A stretch of DNA of 56,860 nucleotides, counting the filler, from Bipalium vagum (Eukaryota), in assembly GCA_037834085.1 (NCBI GenBank). It is 3 parts of 3 records of this genome, joined end to end, with 100 filler letters (N's around TTAATTAATTAA, not from the genome) between each part and the next. Parts side by side here need not be neighbours in the genome. Positions count along the whole stretch, not along the records: positions 1 to 17,479 come from JBBMKC010063711.1; 2 more parts are not named here. One strand, 5' to 3'. Under the pieces are notes generated by a model. That model worked only from the letters and a program-made list of their open reading frames with translations. It had not been told where the DNA came from and ran no database searches. A program made the translations under genes and the position numbers. Below, piece by piece: positions 1-13,358 of this stretch (position 1 is the first letter of the stretch; each line of letters starts with the position of its first letter).

Positions 1-1129
1 TAATATAATGTTTCATCAATATAATATTTTTATCCATAAACCTTAATAATATGAGGCATTACATTTGAGGTTTCATGTGTCTTAAAATGTATTTATTATT
101 CAGACTACTCAAGCAAATATAATTGTCCATTATAAATTAAATAAATTTCAGGATTATTTGATAAAAAATTATATTTCAGCAGTAATATTTAAACAAAACT
201 TATATTACTGCTGGGTTAAACAACATTGATGGATTTTCGGGCCTTCGTTCCTAAATTTTCTCAAGGCTTATTTTCGTTTGATTAAATAACTAATTAACCA
301 TGCCCAATTGTTGCTCGTAATTCACTGAAATGAGATTTTTCTAATGAAATTATTAAATTAATTATGATTAATGATTTTCATCTTTTTAGTTTTTATTTCA
401 TTATAATTTTTCGAAATATTAAATAATATAAAATATAAGTTAATGTGTTTTTTATATTTAATATTGGGAGAATGGAAATAAAAATTTTATAAGCACAAAA
501 TATTTTATTAAATTTAATATATATAAATAATATAAAATATAAATATAACTATAAATTAAAAATTAAAAATATTATGTTAAAATTAGTCTTCAATTAAAAT
601 TCACTTAAATCTGAATTTTATAATTTTTAATTTACACGTTACAATTATATAAAGCTTTAGGGATAGCTGGCTGCTTTTATTATTTAATAATGAGAAAGTG
701 AGACATAATTTAGTTCTCATTGATTTCACAATTAAATGGTGACTGCGTAAAATCCGTAAATCCATGTCATATTGTTTAGATAAAAATTTATTAATTATAA
801 TTTTGAAATATTTTCACATAAAAATGTTCTTTTTTGTTTTATTTTCATATAATAGTCTGAAAATTTTTAAGAAATATATCAATGAATAACTTATAATTTC
901 CTAACATTAATTTTAATGACAATAAAAATAAAATTAGCTGCACGTATCATTTTAATCGAACTTATTTGAGATTAAATTAGTTGCTTATAAATAAAATTAG
1001 ATTTAATTATTTTTTATCGGTTATTTGTTTAAATAATATCTTTTCTTGATACAATTTTAAATATCAAAATATAGATGCAAATAATACAAATATTATAAAC
1101 TGTCTACTGTAAGACTGTAACCAAGTCTC

Positions 1130-1870
1130 TTGTACGAGTTTTTCACATCAGAATAAAAGAAATTTAAGAGAAGAATGAATTGTGTAAGACCAAGATATAT
1201 TTACATATTTCTAAGCATTATTTTATATTGTTTAGAAATATTTAATTTCTTCAGATTACTTTGCATGGCGTCATTTTACAAGACATTTTAAGTCTGTTTT
1301 GATTTGAAATAGATGTTTTTTAATGAATATGAAAGTAACATCATATTATCAAAAATGATGATACCATGGAATTACGAAAAAGAAAAAATATCAATGGAGG
1401 TAAAATGAAGTTTACTAATCTGAGAGAACCTGGTTGAGAATGATCTCAATATGACCTCAACGCTCAACATTACATCAGTGATATTCACAATTGTCCTCAT
1501 CATCTATTCACTGAATGAAAATATTTTAAAAATCAGAAAATGGGATAAAGTGTAACAACTAAAGACTTTTATCACATCTGTTTACTATTTAATCAATTTC
1601 GATTTACGTAAACTCTTTTGACAGCAACAAGTTAGTTAAAAAGAGATAACAACGTATAAAGATAAATAAAAGTTTTCATTAATGACTTTGAAGATAATTA
1701 TAATTGACAATTACAATTAAAACAAATTTTGAGTAAACAAAATTTATTCTTAATGAATATTTTTACTTATATAAGGATATTAACAAGTTTTAAGAACATA
1801 AATTAAAACAATCAAAATATTTTGACATCAACCTTCCATATTCAATTGCTTTTATTCTTTTCTATTTAAC
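1130..1870 (+). mobile_element. highly degenerate mariner-like relic
   Basis: HPPYS-like remnant (catcaaccttccatattca, ~1826) and weak upstream similarity; many stops. Confidence 0.3.
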
Positions 1871-3864
1871 TATTTTTCCTTTACCATCCTGTTTATTTCT
1901 TAAATATCCACATCACTGATCAATACAAGAGTTGCATAAAAACTAGTTTTTGCTGTCAACTAAAATAATATAAAATCTATAATTGCACAATTTGGTTATT
2001 TTCTGTTATCTTCCTCTAATATCTACCTAAAACGTTTATTTCATCGAACCACAGATGATCATCTAATGTCCCAATATTGTCACAGTTGTTCATTCCACAC
2101 CAAAAGGAAAATCAAATCAAAATAAATTATGATAAAAAAGTAATAATATCTACTTTTATAAATCGAAGCGAAGTGAACTATTAATATTATTTTATACGAG
2201 TAAGTACTCATAGCTGCAGTATAATTCTGTATTTATTGTTACATGTGTATTGAATCTGTTAATTCTTTGAGAAATATAAAATCATTATTGAATTATATTG
2301 ACCAATGTAATCATACTCTACTGAGAAATAGTGTAACTGAAATGATCTAAAACAATACCAAAATAAAGAATCTTTTGCATTGCAATGACGAAGTTTTAAT
2401 TCTTAAAGTTTAAAGATGATATATTTGATTTCAATGAAAAACCACATAAATGATGATGATCAATCATTATTGCAGAAGTTGCGACCGTAGCTGTTTTAAA
2501 AATAATATAAAAATTAAGGATCTATCTAAATTTGTAATTCATGATCGATAATATAAAGTGAATATAATCAAACGATCTAAGAATTAATGTTTGAGCAGAA
2601 GTATTATTGAAACTTCATTCAAAATCAATAAATATTCACGATATAAAAAGAAATAAAAAAGAAAAGAACGATAAATGAATTTACTTTAAAGATAATGACA
2701 AAGTCAATTCCTTATTTGTAAAATTCATTATTTTTGAGTGTGTGATAAAATGTCTGCTTAAAAAGCTTTTACTGAAACTTGATGAAGATATTTTCAATTG
2801 GAGAAATGACAAAATCTGTGTGCCATTATACCTTTTCCTTTGGAAAATAGAAATAAAATCAAATAACAAAATAAATATGTGTCAAAGATGATTTTCTGTT
2901 TCAAAGTTGGAAGATTTAATTAAGAAGAAGATTCTAAATTTAACAAATAATAAACAATTAATAGTAACACCATAAGGGAAAGAATAAAATAATTATCAAA
3001 TTCTTGATAAAATAAGTGAAGAAATGTGAATAAAACAATTAAAACAGAAATATGGACATCTCACCAACTTAGAGAGTAGCAAAAAGTCAATATTTTTTAA
3101 TTTCTCATTTAAATCAACAAAAGAGAGTAGGACAATTGAATATATAGAGAAAAACAATTATTATTGTACAGATACCAGTGAAAATGTAAGAAGTACAAAA
3201 ATATATCGAGATTACTAAAATATACAGAGACAGTATAGGTGAAACACATTATCGTTAATAAAATGAATATTTGGAATACACATAGAATTAAAAAAATTTT
3301 TTTTCTTATTTTATAAAATATTTCTTATTTTATTCATATAAAAAAATAAAAGAATTCGGGAAATTTAACAGAGGGAACTATTTGGGGCATTATTTATGAC
3401 ATGTTTCATAGTTATATTTAAATTGTTAAGTGGTAAAAATAATGTAAATTTAACAAAAGAGAAATATTGATTTCATCTGAAAATATTCCAATATATTATT
3501 TATTTATAGTCCTCATATATTTCCCAATAATTATTTTCTATATTAATTTCTTTCAAATTATTTTCAATTACTATTTTTATATCTTATTCGTTCACGTTCT
3601 ACTAAGAATCAATGTCTTAATTTATTTCTCGATCAATAAAAAATAATTGATAATTTTAAGAAAACTGTGTATTTCCTTTTAAAATTTGTCATTATTTTAT
3701 TTATTAAAAATATTATTTTCAGTTTCGCAATTCTATTTTGGTAATAATTATAATTAAAAGATGTTAAGGTTTTGTATAGAAAAGGAGAAATAATTTTGTA
3801 TAACATAGAGTTATATATACAATATATTATATTTTTATGATAATAAAATCAATAAACAATAAAC

Positions 3865-4130
3865 AGTGCAAAAAATGTTTCTTTTATGTGTAACAACGAA
3901 TGGTATAAGCAAAGAAGTATAGTATCACGAGGTCGCCATTGGGACCAACTAATATCAATATTCATGGATTACCTGGAAACAAAAACCCAAAAATATTAAT
4001 GCAGTAAACCGTTGATCCAGAAAGAATACGTGAAAGTGAAAATCTCATTGATCTCATTTCGAGACATAACCACCGTCTACCTTGATGCACCGGTTGACCA
4101 TTCTATTGACGAAATTTTGTTCCTTCTCAA
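3865..4130 (+). mobile_element. Penelope-like retroelement reverse transcriptase fragments
   Basis: With frameshifts: VSFMCNNEWYKQRSIVS-GSPLGP-LISIFMDYLETK (compare [27 protein letters not shown]..LE), followed by LISFRDITTVYLDAPVDHSIDEIL (compare LVSFDVTSLFTNVPVDETI). Confidence 0.7.
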
Positions 4131-4849
4131 TGAGGAATGTTATCATGCTATCCTCCATATCATCTTTTGAAAAAAATTTAGGTCCTCATTTATATCCTTT
4201 ATTTAAGTGGTTACCGGGAGAGGGGTTATTCACAATGTAATTCTTGATGCTGATTAATAATTTCATTCTTAGCAGATCTCTTAAGAAATCAAAACGGATC
4301 ACACTGAAAAATTCACATTTTTGTACACTTTTTCGAATTAATCTAATTTAGAGCAAACAAAAATTAAAATATTTAAACTAATTGGATATCTCAATCCTAT
4401 TAATATATAGGATTATTATTTTTTGTGCAAAATATTTTTCAAGGATCTTCAATATATCTAGTAGTCTAAGTCCTTCAGCCTTAGAATGTACATGAGCGAC
4501 TTAAAAAGATATGTTTCAATAATGATATCATTATTTTCTTACTACTTTTGATTTTTTAAGAGTTGCGCAAATTTCGAATTCAATATTATTATAAATATTA
4601 TTTTAAATCTTTTACACATGTGTTTTTTGATAAATGATTGCAATTCTTCATAATTGATCATCAACCTGTTTTGGTTATCTTGAACTATTCTAGAGTTTTT
4701 ACAAGTAGATCAATCTGTTCATGTTTGTTTCTAATAAAAGTCCTATCAATAGTCTACCGTTTTTGCTATAAAAGTGGGTCTTCTGTTTCAAAATGTTATT
4801 TAATAAAATTAATTATTTAAATGACTAGTCTCGAATTGACTTCAGTGAT

Positions 4850-5514
4850 GGGAGTATGTTTACATTAGGCACGGTGATGTTAAGTGTGTGCGCCGACATC
4901 TAGAAAAGTATAATGAGGCAATTATATGATTTGGGATGCTATCTCTGTCAATGACTGATCGGGTTAAAGGTGAAACTTTGAATTCAACAAATTCTTAAAT
5001 CTGGTCTTCTGTCATTTCTACGCAAACTTTTACCAAATAGAGGTCAATTTCAACAGGACAATGTTCCTGTACATACCTCCAAGTCAACAAAGAAATCTTA
5101 AGAGGTCCATGATGTCCATGATATCATATATTTAAATTGATATATTAATGATCTTGTTTTAATAATAGATAATTTAGGTCATTACAATTTAAATTATGAA
5201 AAGATATTCAATAAAGGATCGCTCTCAGATTGTCATAATTTATTATATGATTTCCTGTTCAACACGAACGACAATCTGAAAACTTAATTATTAGTCGATA
5301 TATGAGACCAATAGAAATTGTATGGGGTCTTATCCAGTTCAATTTAAGACGAGATTATTGGCTACTAACTAACACTGGCCAGTTATTCTCTACGTTGGAG
5401 AAAATATGGAATGAACTAATGAGTAACACACAATATCGCCTTATTTGGTTTGAATCCATGATTGACCGTGTTAAGATTGTTTATATCATTTTTGGTGGTA
5501 TAAAAAGTTTTTAA
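4850..5514 (+). mobile_element. Tc1-type (DD34E) transposase relic with an internal insertion
   Basis: FQQDNVPVHTSKSTKK at 5048, then about 170 nt of intervening sequence, then MRPIEIVWG...LEKIWNEL...ESMIDRV (the Tc1 PIENLW and ESMPRR motifs). Confidence 0.7.
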
Positions 5515-7181
5515 TTTTTGTTTAGTTCAACAATATAAAAATATATATTTAAACAAGTTTGTAATTTTCATTGTATCTTTAAAATATTTTTAAAAAATCG
5601 ATTTTTTTGTAATTTTTTTTCAATTATTCTTCTTTATGAAATAATAATATTATTAATAATAATTTTTTTGATTGATATAATATAATCTTCAAAGAAGATT
5701 TCGAAATAGAAAAATATTTGCAGATATATAACAGACTAAAATATTTTCATAAAACATCAAAACAGAAAATAAACATAATAATTTGATTCATAAATAAAAT
5801 TTAAAGATAATATCTTTGACAAAAATAAAATCATCAGAGTTAGATGAAATATTAAGAGTTTTCTTTACATTTACATGACTTTATTTTGTTATTTTTCATT
5901 TAAATAACTGTAGGAGTCAAACAGGTTAGCTGAATGAAAAGGAATTTATCTATTTTTATATTATAAAATTTCGTTTTGTAATATTTATCAAGAAATTCAT
6001 CCTGTAAATGTTCTCCATAAGCAATCATATTTTTATATATATTATAAATATACGGTAATTACGAGAACCATTATAAACTGAATATTTTTAATTTCTTTAT
6101 TATTCACGATAAAGTTTTATTTTAGCAATCTGAGCATGAATTATAAACGAAAAATAATTTAAAATATTTTTAATTATGTAATTATTTATAATAAAAGATA
6201 TTTTAATTAACTTTTTGTTAATTTTTGTTTAAACATTTTAAATCATTATTATCTTTTCCATTTGATTTTGCAATTTTAGTTTCATCGAAAAAGTCTAAGA
6301 AAATATTTTTTTAACCATAGAAGACAAAATTTATTCTTAGGTAAATAACAAAATTCCAGGGTAACTTTTTGCTAAATAAATACTTTTTCGCAATCGTTTT
6401 GCTTTATAGAGTATTTTATTAACTTATTTAATTGTTAATTCAAGTAATTTAAAAATTAAAATAAATTTAATAATTAAAGTGTAACGTATTATGCAAAAAT
6501 GATTATAATTATTTTAATTAAAATCATTTATTAAAATATTTAGATATTATTATATTTAATAAATAAATAAAATTAATCAGTCAAAAAATTTATAAACCGT
6601 AAGGTCAAATTAATCAAAAATTAATAAATCAATATTATTGTTTATTAATATTATTTTATATATTTTTTTATAACCATCCTTGATATATAAGTCACCTTCA
6701 TCAGACCTTAAAATATAAGTTGAAATATCTTAATAATATTATATTATCTATAAAATAAAATAAAAAATTATATATTTATGATTTAATTTATTAATGATTA
6801 AATTATTAATTATTAGTAAATATTTTATTAAAATAAAACTTAATGAAAATATTTGAATTTAGTCATTTAGCAACTGACAATGAAAAACCATCTAAAGTCA
6901 CTTTATATCTTGAGATTTATAAGTTTTTTAATTTTTGGATTATATTTTAATAAAAACATGAAATATTCTAATAACAAAAATATTATTTTATTAGTTAAAA
7001 TAAAACTTAGACACATTTTTCTTAATTATTTTAAAATCCAAAATTTCATTTTATCTATTTCATTAAAAAATAAAAAATTTAACGATTTTTATTATAATTT
7101 TTCGGATTTTTAAAATTTTGTTTTAATGAAGAATTTAAAATTCAAGGTTTTTTAAATTTACAAAAGAAAATTGATAGACAA

Positions 7182-7253
7182 TTTATTTTGATATATTCTT
7201 TCATTGTTAATCAGTGAACAAAAGTTGGAAAAGGTTTCAAAAGCTAATTTATT
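7182..7253 (-). promoter_or_regulatory. candidate polyadenylation signals of the DDR-like gene
   Basis: AATAAA on the minus strand at 7253-7248 and 7187-7182, about 180-250 nt after the stop. The hexamer is common by chance at this AT content. Confidence 0.3.
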
Positions 7254-7433
7254 GAACTGTTAACAAAAAAATATGAGCCAGAACGACAGTTATAAATTAG
7301 CGCTATTTACATTAAACAAGAGTGCAAAATGATGCACTATCACATATTCCATTACATAAATGATAGAAGAGAAACAAGATATCTATGGTTCATATAATGC
7401 TTATATGTTACAATATAGGATGTCATGGAAAAC

Positions 7434-7760
7434 TCAAGAGTTCTTATCATCTGGTGGAGGAGCGGGAAGGATGAATTGAGCTTGACACATAGAATTAGTT
7501 TTGAATTGAAGAAATTTGAGAATGTCCATAAATTTGGGTCTTAGAGAATCCTCCCAATTCCAGCATTGGCTCATTAAATCGAATATTTCTTTTGGACAGC
7601 TTTGTGGACATGGTAACCGAGGAGTATTATTCTTGTGAGACATAAGATCAATTAAAGCTTCATTAGTTAAGGATCCATAAGGTATCAGACTGCATAAAGT
7701 AAAAATTTCCCATAATGTAACTGCAAAAGACCAGACATCTGATTTAATTGTAAACAGTCC
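7434..7760 (-). CDS. DDR: DDR-like receptor tyrosine kinase, last coding exon (kinase C-lobe and short tail)
   Basis: Acceptor atttag|GGA, phase 0; 109 codons to TGA. GLFTIKSDVWSFAVTLWEIFTLCSLIPYGSLTNEALIDLMSHKNNTPRLPCPQSCPKEIFDLMSQCWNWEDSLRPKFMDILKFLQFK...; TLCxxxPY has DDR-type spacing (compare TLCREQPY). Confidence 0.93.
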   Translation of the reverse strand, partial: GLFTIKSDVWSFAVTLWEIFTLCSLIPYGSLTNEALIDLMSHKNNTPRLPCPQSCPKEIFDLMSQCWNWEDSLRPKFMDILKFLQFKTNSMCQAQFILPAPPPDDKNS

Positions 7761-8149
7761 CTAAATATAAATCTAATTTGTGAGAAATAAACTAAGTATA
7801 AAACTATACTTAAAACTAAAATATAAGAGTATATAAAGTATAAAGTATAAAGTATATCCATATAAATAATAAATAAACTATATAATTAATGCAATTTTAT
7901 AAATTTTATTTTTAATTAAATTATTATACTTCACCAAAATAGGAACTGGGGTAAATTATAATAATATCAATTAATTATTTTATAAATAATAAATAAAAAT
8001 AAATAAAATTGTCATTGTTTAAAAATATATTCAAAATTATTCTTGTAAAAATAATATTAATTAAATAATTAATTAACTTTGTTAAAATTTAATTAATTAA
8101 AAAATAAAAAATATATAATCTTAGCTCGAACAGAAACTAATGATTTTCT

Positions 8150-8830
8150 TTGAAATTATTGAATAATTTTAAAAAGGTATTTTAGTAAAAAGCTTTTTTA
8201 TACGGAGAAGATAATCTTTTCCTATGAACAATAGTTCTGAATTAATGTATCTGAAATCTAAGTCAGTAAAAGTCTCCCATAAAAACAAAGTCCATCAGCT
8301 CATATATTTATATCTGAATGAAGAAGGAAAATTTAATTGAGGATTTTGAACATAATGATGAACAGTTCAGCATTCTTAGACAAATATTTTGAGAAGTATT
8401 CTCTACAATTTTAAATAAAAAAAATCGTAAACGAAACGAACATTTGCAGATTATGCCATATAACACAGTATGATTTATGTAAAACTGTCTGACTTTAATA
8501 AATTTGTACTAAGATATATTTAGAGTAATCTCGTTTCCTTGTTGATGTCTAAGTAACATTGCATTGCAGGATATAAGGCAAGGGGGCAGTTATTATGCTA
8601 GCTGTGACTTATTTTAATATTATTTATAAAGTTTTCAATAAGTCAAAATAAGAATTTTGAAATTTTTGCAAATTATCGATAAGATCGTCTCTATAATATC
8701 AAATTGATATGTATCACTATTTTCAAAAGGACAATGTATCTTTTAAAGAGTGCACCCTTATTCAAGACTGACATAACTGGCATAAATAGTGAAAGGTGAT
8801 CAGGAAAGAAAGAATATGGAAATGGTGTAA
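8150..8830 (+). mobile_element. degenerate Tc1/Tc3-like relic
   Basis: DEKKFNLDG-like remnant (~8320), GGGSVM-like remnant (~8580) and FQKDN (~8721), in the expected order. Confidence 0.4.
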
Positions 8831-8969
8831 TCTTTTATTTTGATTAATAAAAATATGAAATTTTCACATTTTCTAAATAACTTTCACCAAGATGGCTTCA
8901 CTTCCAATATTGTTAAAATTTTATTTATTTCCATTTTTTATGTCACGTCTCTACTTTCATATTTATATA

Positions 8970-9386
8970 CAGTAGAACCCGGATGCAAGAGAACGTAAGG
9001 GATTAAGATTTTTTCTCTTACATCCGGGTTTTTTTATATCCAACTTTAGGAAGCTATGTAATAACTTGATAACGATAATTTGAAACAATAAATCTAATAG
9101 TACTTAATACACTATCACAATAATTTTATTGTAAGCCAAAATAATTTGTGATTTTTGACTGTATAGACAAGAGTAAATAGTTTGCATCACTCTATTTTCG
9201 ACAGCGTGAAATTCCTGGTATTCAACTTCAAGTTCAACATGTAATAGCAGCGTAGCGTTTCAAGAGCTTTAATAACTTCTTGTCTCTTATATCCGAGTCA
9301 CTTCATTAATAAACTAGATATACAAGATGACGGACTTCAAAAGAAGTCTATTACATCCGGTTTTCTCTTACATCCTGGTACTACTG
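8970..9386. mobile_element. pogo/Tigger-like MITE in a DDR intron
   Basis: 24-bp TIRs: cagtagaacccggatgcaagagaa versus reverse complement cagtagtaccaggatgtaagagaa. TA on the left flank, TG on the right. The motif tctcttacatccgg recurs internally (~9014, 9283, 9351, 9364). Confidence 0.8.
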
Positions 9387-9941
9387 TGTATATATTGATT
9401 ACCTATCGATTACTGAATATAAGAATATATGATACTTATAATACTCTGACGGGATTTTTATCTGCGAATAATTTAAAATATAAAATAAGACAAAGTTGGA
9501 CTACATGATGGTTATATTCTTTTGTAGTCATTTTAAGTAATAATTCAAAATCAAACAATAATAATATATTTTTATTAAATCCGATTACTCAAAAAAACTT
9601 TTCAAACTTGGACGTCACCTTTTTTTAAAATTAAATTATTTACTTTTTTAAAATTTACCAACATTTATTTTAAATATTTATTTAAATATTTTAAAAAACC
9701 GTAACATTATAATTTTTAAAAACTTTAAATTAAAAACATTTAATAATTGTTAATTTAGGCGTGAGGTCCTTATTTTAAAAAATTCAAGCAAACTAATTAT
9801 TCGAATCACTCCTTATAATGACAATAACCTAAAATTGAGAGATCACACTTTTTTATCAACGGAAGTTTTTAAAGAAAACATGTGAACTTCAAAATATCAA
9901 TCCTATCATTTCATCAAGAGAATATATATATTTCGACTCAC

Positions 9942-10185
9942 CCCTACGATAGACTCAGGAGCCATCCAGCGCAATGGAAACGTAACTAATTGATTTATCA
10001 ATTCAATTGAGCAATAATCGTCGTTGAACTTCGTTGTCACTAATCCTCCGGGATATATTTTCACATGCATTCTCATATCGATAATGCAATTTCTGCAAGC
10101 CAAATCTCGATGGGTAAAACCTAAGTCTTCAAAGTATTTCATTCCACTGGCGATTTGTATTATAATTATTAATAAGGAAGATGAA
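9942..10185 (-). CDS. DDR: DDR-like receptor tyrosine kinase, internal exon (catalytic loop and activation segment)
   Basis: Acceptor tttttctttcag|, donor GGG|gtgagt; 244 nt = 1 nt + 81 codons. SSSLLIIIIQIASGMKYFEDLGFTHRDLACRNCIIDMRMHVKIYPGGLVTTKFNDDYCSIELINQLVTFPLRWMAPESIVG contains the tyrosine-kinase motifs QIASGMKY, HRDLACRN and PLRWMAPES. Confidence 0.93.
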
Positions 10186-10734
10186 CTGAAAGAAAAATTA
10201 AATTAATAATCGTGTAATTTTAAATAAATATAAATTTTGAAAAATTATTTTTCAAAAAATGTTTTAATAATTAATTTTCATTATTATTATTTTAATTAAT
10301 TAATTAATTAATAATTTCATTAGCAATAATCACCGTGAAATTATTTTATTATTCCCACTACTTTAAAATGCCGATATGATGATGAAAATCAATGCGAACG
10401 TTTTACAGCTGGAAATCTCAGTCTTTCGTTTTTCTGTAAAAAAGTCGTTTAGTCTTTCTTTCAATTCTTTGAAAATAAACTAATTTATTTCTGATTGCTT
10501 TGTATATATCAATAGTCAAATTACAAAACGAGACTTAAATCATCACCGTAAAAAAGAACGAAATTAGGCAAATATAATTCTTTTATATCAATCTGACATT
10601 TCTTTAAAATATTTTATAAAAGTATTGGAACGAGTGAGATCAATTCTTTATAACAATATAGGGTTTAAAACATAAAATAAATAATAAGAAAATTAAATTG
10701 TATAACCATGACAATTAGAAAATTGAGTATATAT

Positions 10735-11572
10735 TAGGGTATCAAAAAGGAACGACATTTTAAATTGTCTGCCATTTTATAAAGAGCAAAAAAGATTTCT
10801 GTGTTGAACTGTTATCAGTAAACATTAAGACTTAAATTTAGAAAATTACACAATCAAACATGGCATAGAAATAGTAAATTTTCAATTCAAAGTTTTGTTC
10901 AACAAACATTTTTTAAAATTAAAGTTCAGTTTCTAAACAACTTAATACGACCTCCTTCAGCAATGGTAAATTCAAGAGTTAAATTGAAGTAAACTTGTGA
11001 TTAGTATCACAAAATATTTCGAGAGGTTCGTGTTTGGTTCTGTTTTTGATGTAAAGGAAAATTTAATATTTATGAATTATTAAAAATCGATATCGAGAAA
11101 ATATCATCTTTTACTATTTAAAATTGATCATATTGATTTGTTGATATCAAATTTAAACATGATAGTTCAACGTTTTACCAACAAATTAAATTTAAATTTC
11201 GTTATAGTCGCCAAGTTTCACAAATAACTTCAATGTCTGTGATTTCAAAGTTGTAAAAATGATTTTCATTCATAAAATAAAATGAAAGTCTTCAAAACAC
11301 CCATTACATATATGTTATCGTATTAAAATTAATTATCAGCCGCACCTTAGATAAAAATTTCATAAAAAATAATAATTAGTGACAATAATGGTAAAGCAAT
11401 CCAACGAGAAAAACTAATTTTTCATTTTATTGTTAAAAGATAAGTTAATTTGTAAAATAGATTCTCTGCTCATTCATTCAAAAATTTACCAGAATTAAGT
11501 GAGATTTTCTATTCTCAAATTAGTATAAATTTTCTTCTAATAATTTTTCATATATACTTTTTGACGCTCATT
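10735..11572 (-). mobile_element. possible degenerate Tc1/mariner-superfamily relic
   Basis: Begins tattagggtatc, the same terminus as the mariner ending at 35424. A C-terminal-like TIAEGGR remnant lies at ~10945-10968 on the minus strand. The partner end near 11572 is weak. Confidence 0.3.
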
Positions 11573-12289
11573 ATTACACAGGTACATAAATTAAAGTATC
11601 GTCAAGTTATTTTTTTGACTCTTTCATTTTGATTTATGTGGTGGACTCGTTATGGAATGTATGTTGCTTCCTTCATACTTCCAACTAATATTTTCAGTTT
11701 CGCTTCCATTAAATCCTAATATTTTAATTTGACTCAAGCTATATTTTTCAATTAATCAATTAATAAATACCTGAAATTTTCTTTTTAAGAAACCATTATT
11801 ACTGTAAAAAAGACTTATCGGTAAAAATTTATTATTTCTGATATCCACTGACATGGGGTATGTAATCACACAATAATTAAAATTTAAAGCTGTCATAATT
11901 AGATTAGAATTTAATAGGAAAACAAATATGAAAAGGAAATACGTGTACCAATAAAACATGATGATAAATTATTTTTAATTTTAAAAGTTTACCAAAGAAA
12001 GTCATTTTGATAATGTGGAGCTCGATCGAAGGGGATTTCTATTTTAAATTTATAAATTCAATAATTAAAATTTATAATTCTATGAAAAATTTTGGGGAAT
12101 CGTGATTCTCTTTATTTATTTATGAATAAAAATCAATTATTTTGTCTTAACAAATACGTTCATTCGATTTTTAATAATGAAATTAAACTGTTGCTTGGAG
12201 TTTTATGAGTTTCAATGAGTTTTAATGACAATTTAAAAGATCTTTTTTATGCATTAGGATATGGTTTTGTTTAAATAATCAACTTTGGT

Positions 12290-13358
12290 CAAATATTTAA
12301 ATAAATAAAAATTTTTGTTTATTTCAGTTATATTTGTTTGTTTTACTTTAAGAAGAGTAAATGAACTGCTGATGCTTTTAAAAACTTTTCGTGTATATGG
12401 GGATAATATGCTTACAGATTATGTTTACCAGAAATGGTTTTCAAAATATTGTGCTGAAAATTTTTATGTACACTTAACACAATGGTGAGATTAGGTCAAG
12501 CATTGTCAAAGTAATACTCGATGAAAATTCATACCAAACAGTTAGAAAGAAAACTGAAACTCTAAAAATATCAGACACATTTATGGAAAATCATTTACAT
12601 AAAAAAGTTAAGTTTCTCTTTTTTATGTGTGGATGCTTCAAATACCTAGTGAAGCAATATTTAACAGCACTCATTTCAATCTACCACTCACTGGTAAAAA
12701 TCAACAAAGCTACCTATTTATGAAAAACTTTGTTACAGGTCATGAAAAATAGGTTGTTTATAATAACGTGGTGCTCACGAGATCAGATCATCGCAAACAA
12801 TTTGAAAGCAAGATTAGACCTCAATAGAAATTGTTTTCAGTTTTATGAGATTTCAAAATTGTCATCTATTATGAGCTATTGCCACCTGACACAACGATCA
12901 CTTATTTTATGTATTGTATAAAATTTACAAAATTGATCCAGAAAATCAAAGAAAGCTTCGAAAAATGTCAAGTTGCAAGTGAGTAGTTTTACAGCACGAT
13001 AATACTAGACCATATACATCTTTATGCGGAAAAAATTACTGAGCTTTGGGTTGGATGTTTTCCCTCATTTATCATACCCACTGGACTTAATTCTTACAGA
13101 CTACCATTTATCTAAGTCCCTGCAAAATTCTATAAGTTGGAAATCTTTCAGTGATAATGAGTCACTTGTAACGTCTCTTAACTCATATTTTGAAAAAAAC
13201 CCAATGAAATCGATAAACGCGATATATAATGAAATTGGTACCAATATACAAGGAGATCATTAATCAAAAAAGACAATGCATAATTGATCAAAATTATTTT
13301 TATCAATATATTTTTGACGTTTTCATAAAAAACTGAAAGGATTTATTTGCCAACCAAA
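12290..13358 (+). mobile_element. mariner (DD34D) transposon relic, near full length
   Basis: QHDNTRPY at ~12992 and HLSYPLDLILTDYHLSKSLQN (YSPDLAPSDYHLF motif). Right TIR ...atttatttgccaaccaaa followed by TA. Confidence 0.85.

Noticed and set aside
9906-10142. PTK7/Off-track assignment for the kinase (Otk also lacks DFG)
   Set aside because: QIASGMKY, TLCxxxPY spacing and intron positions fit DDR better. Disfavoured but not excluded without a phylogeny.
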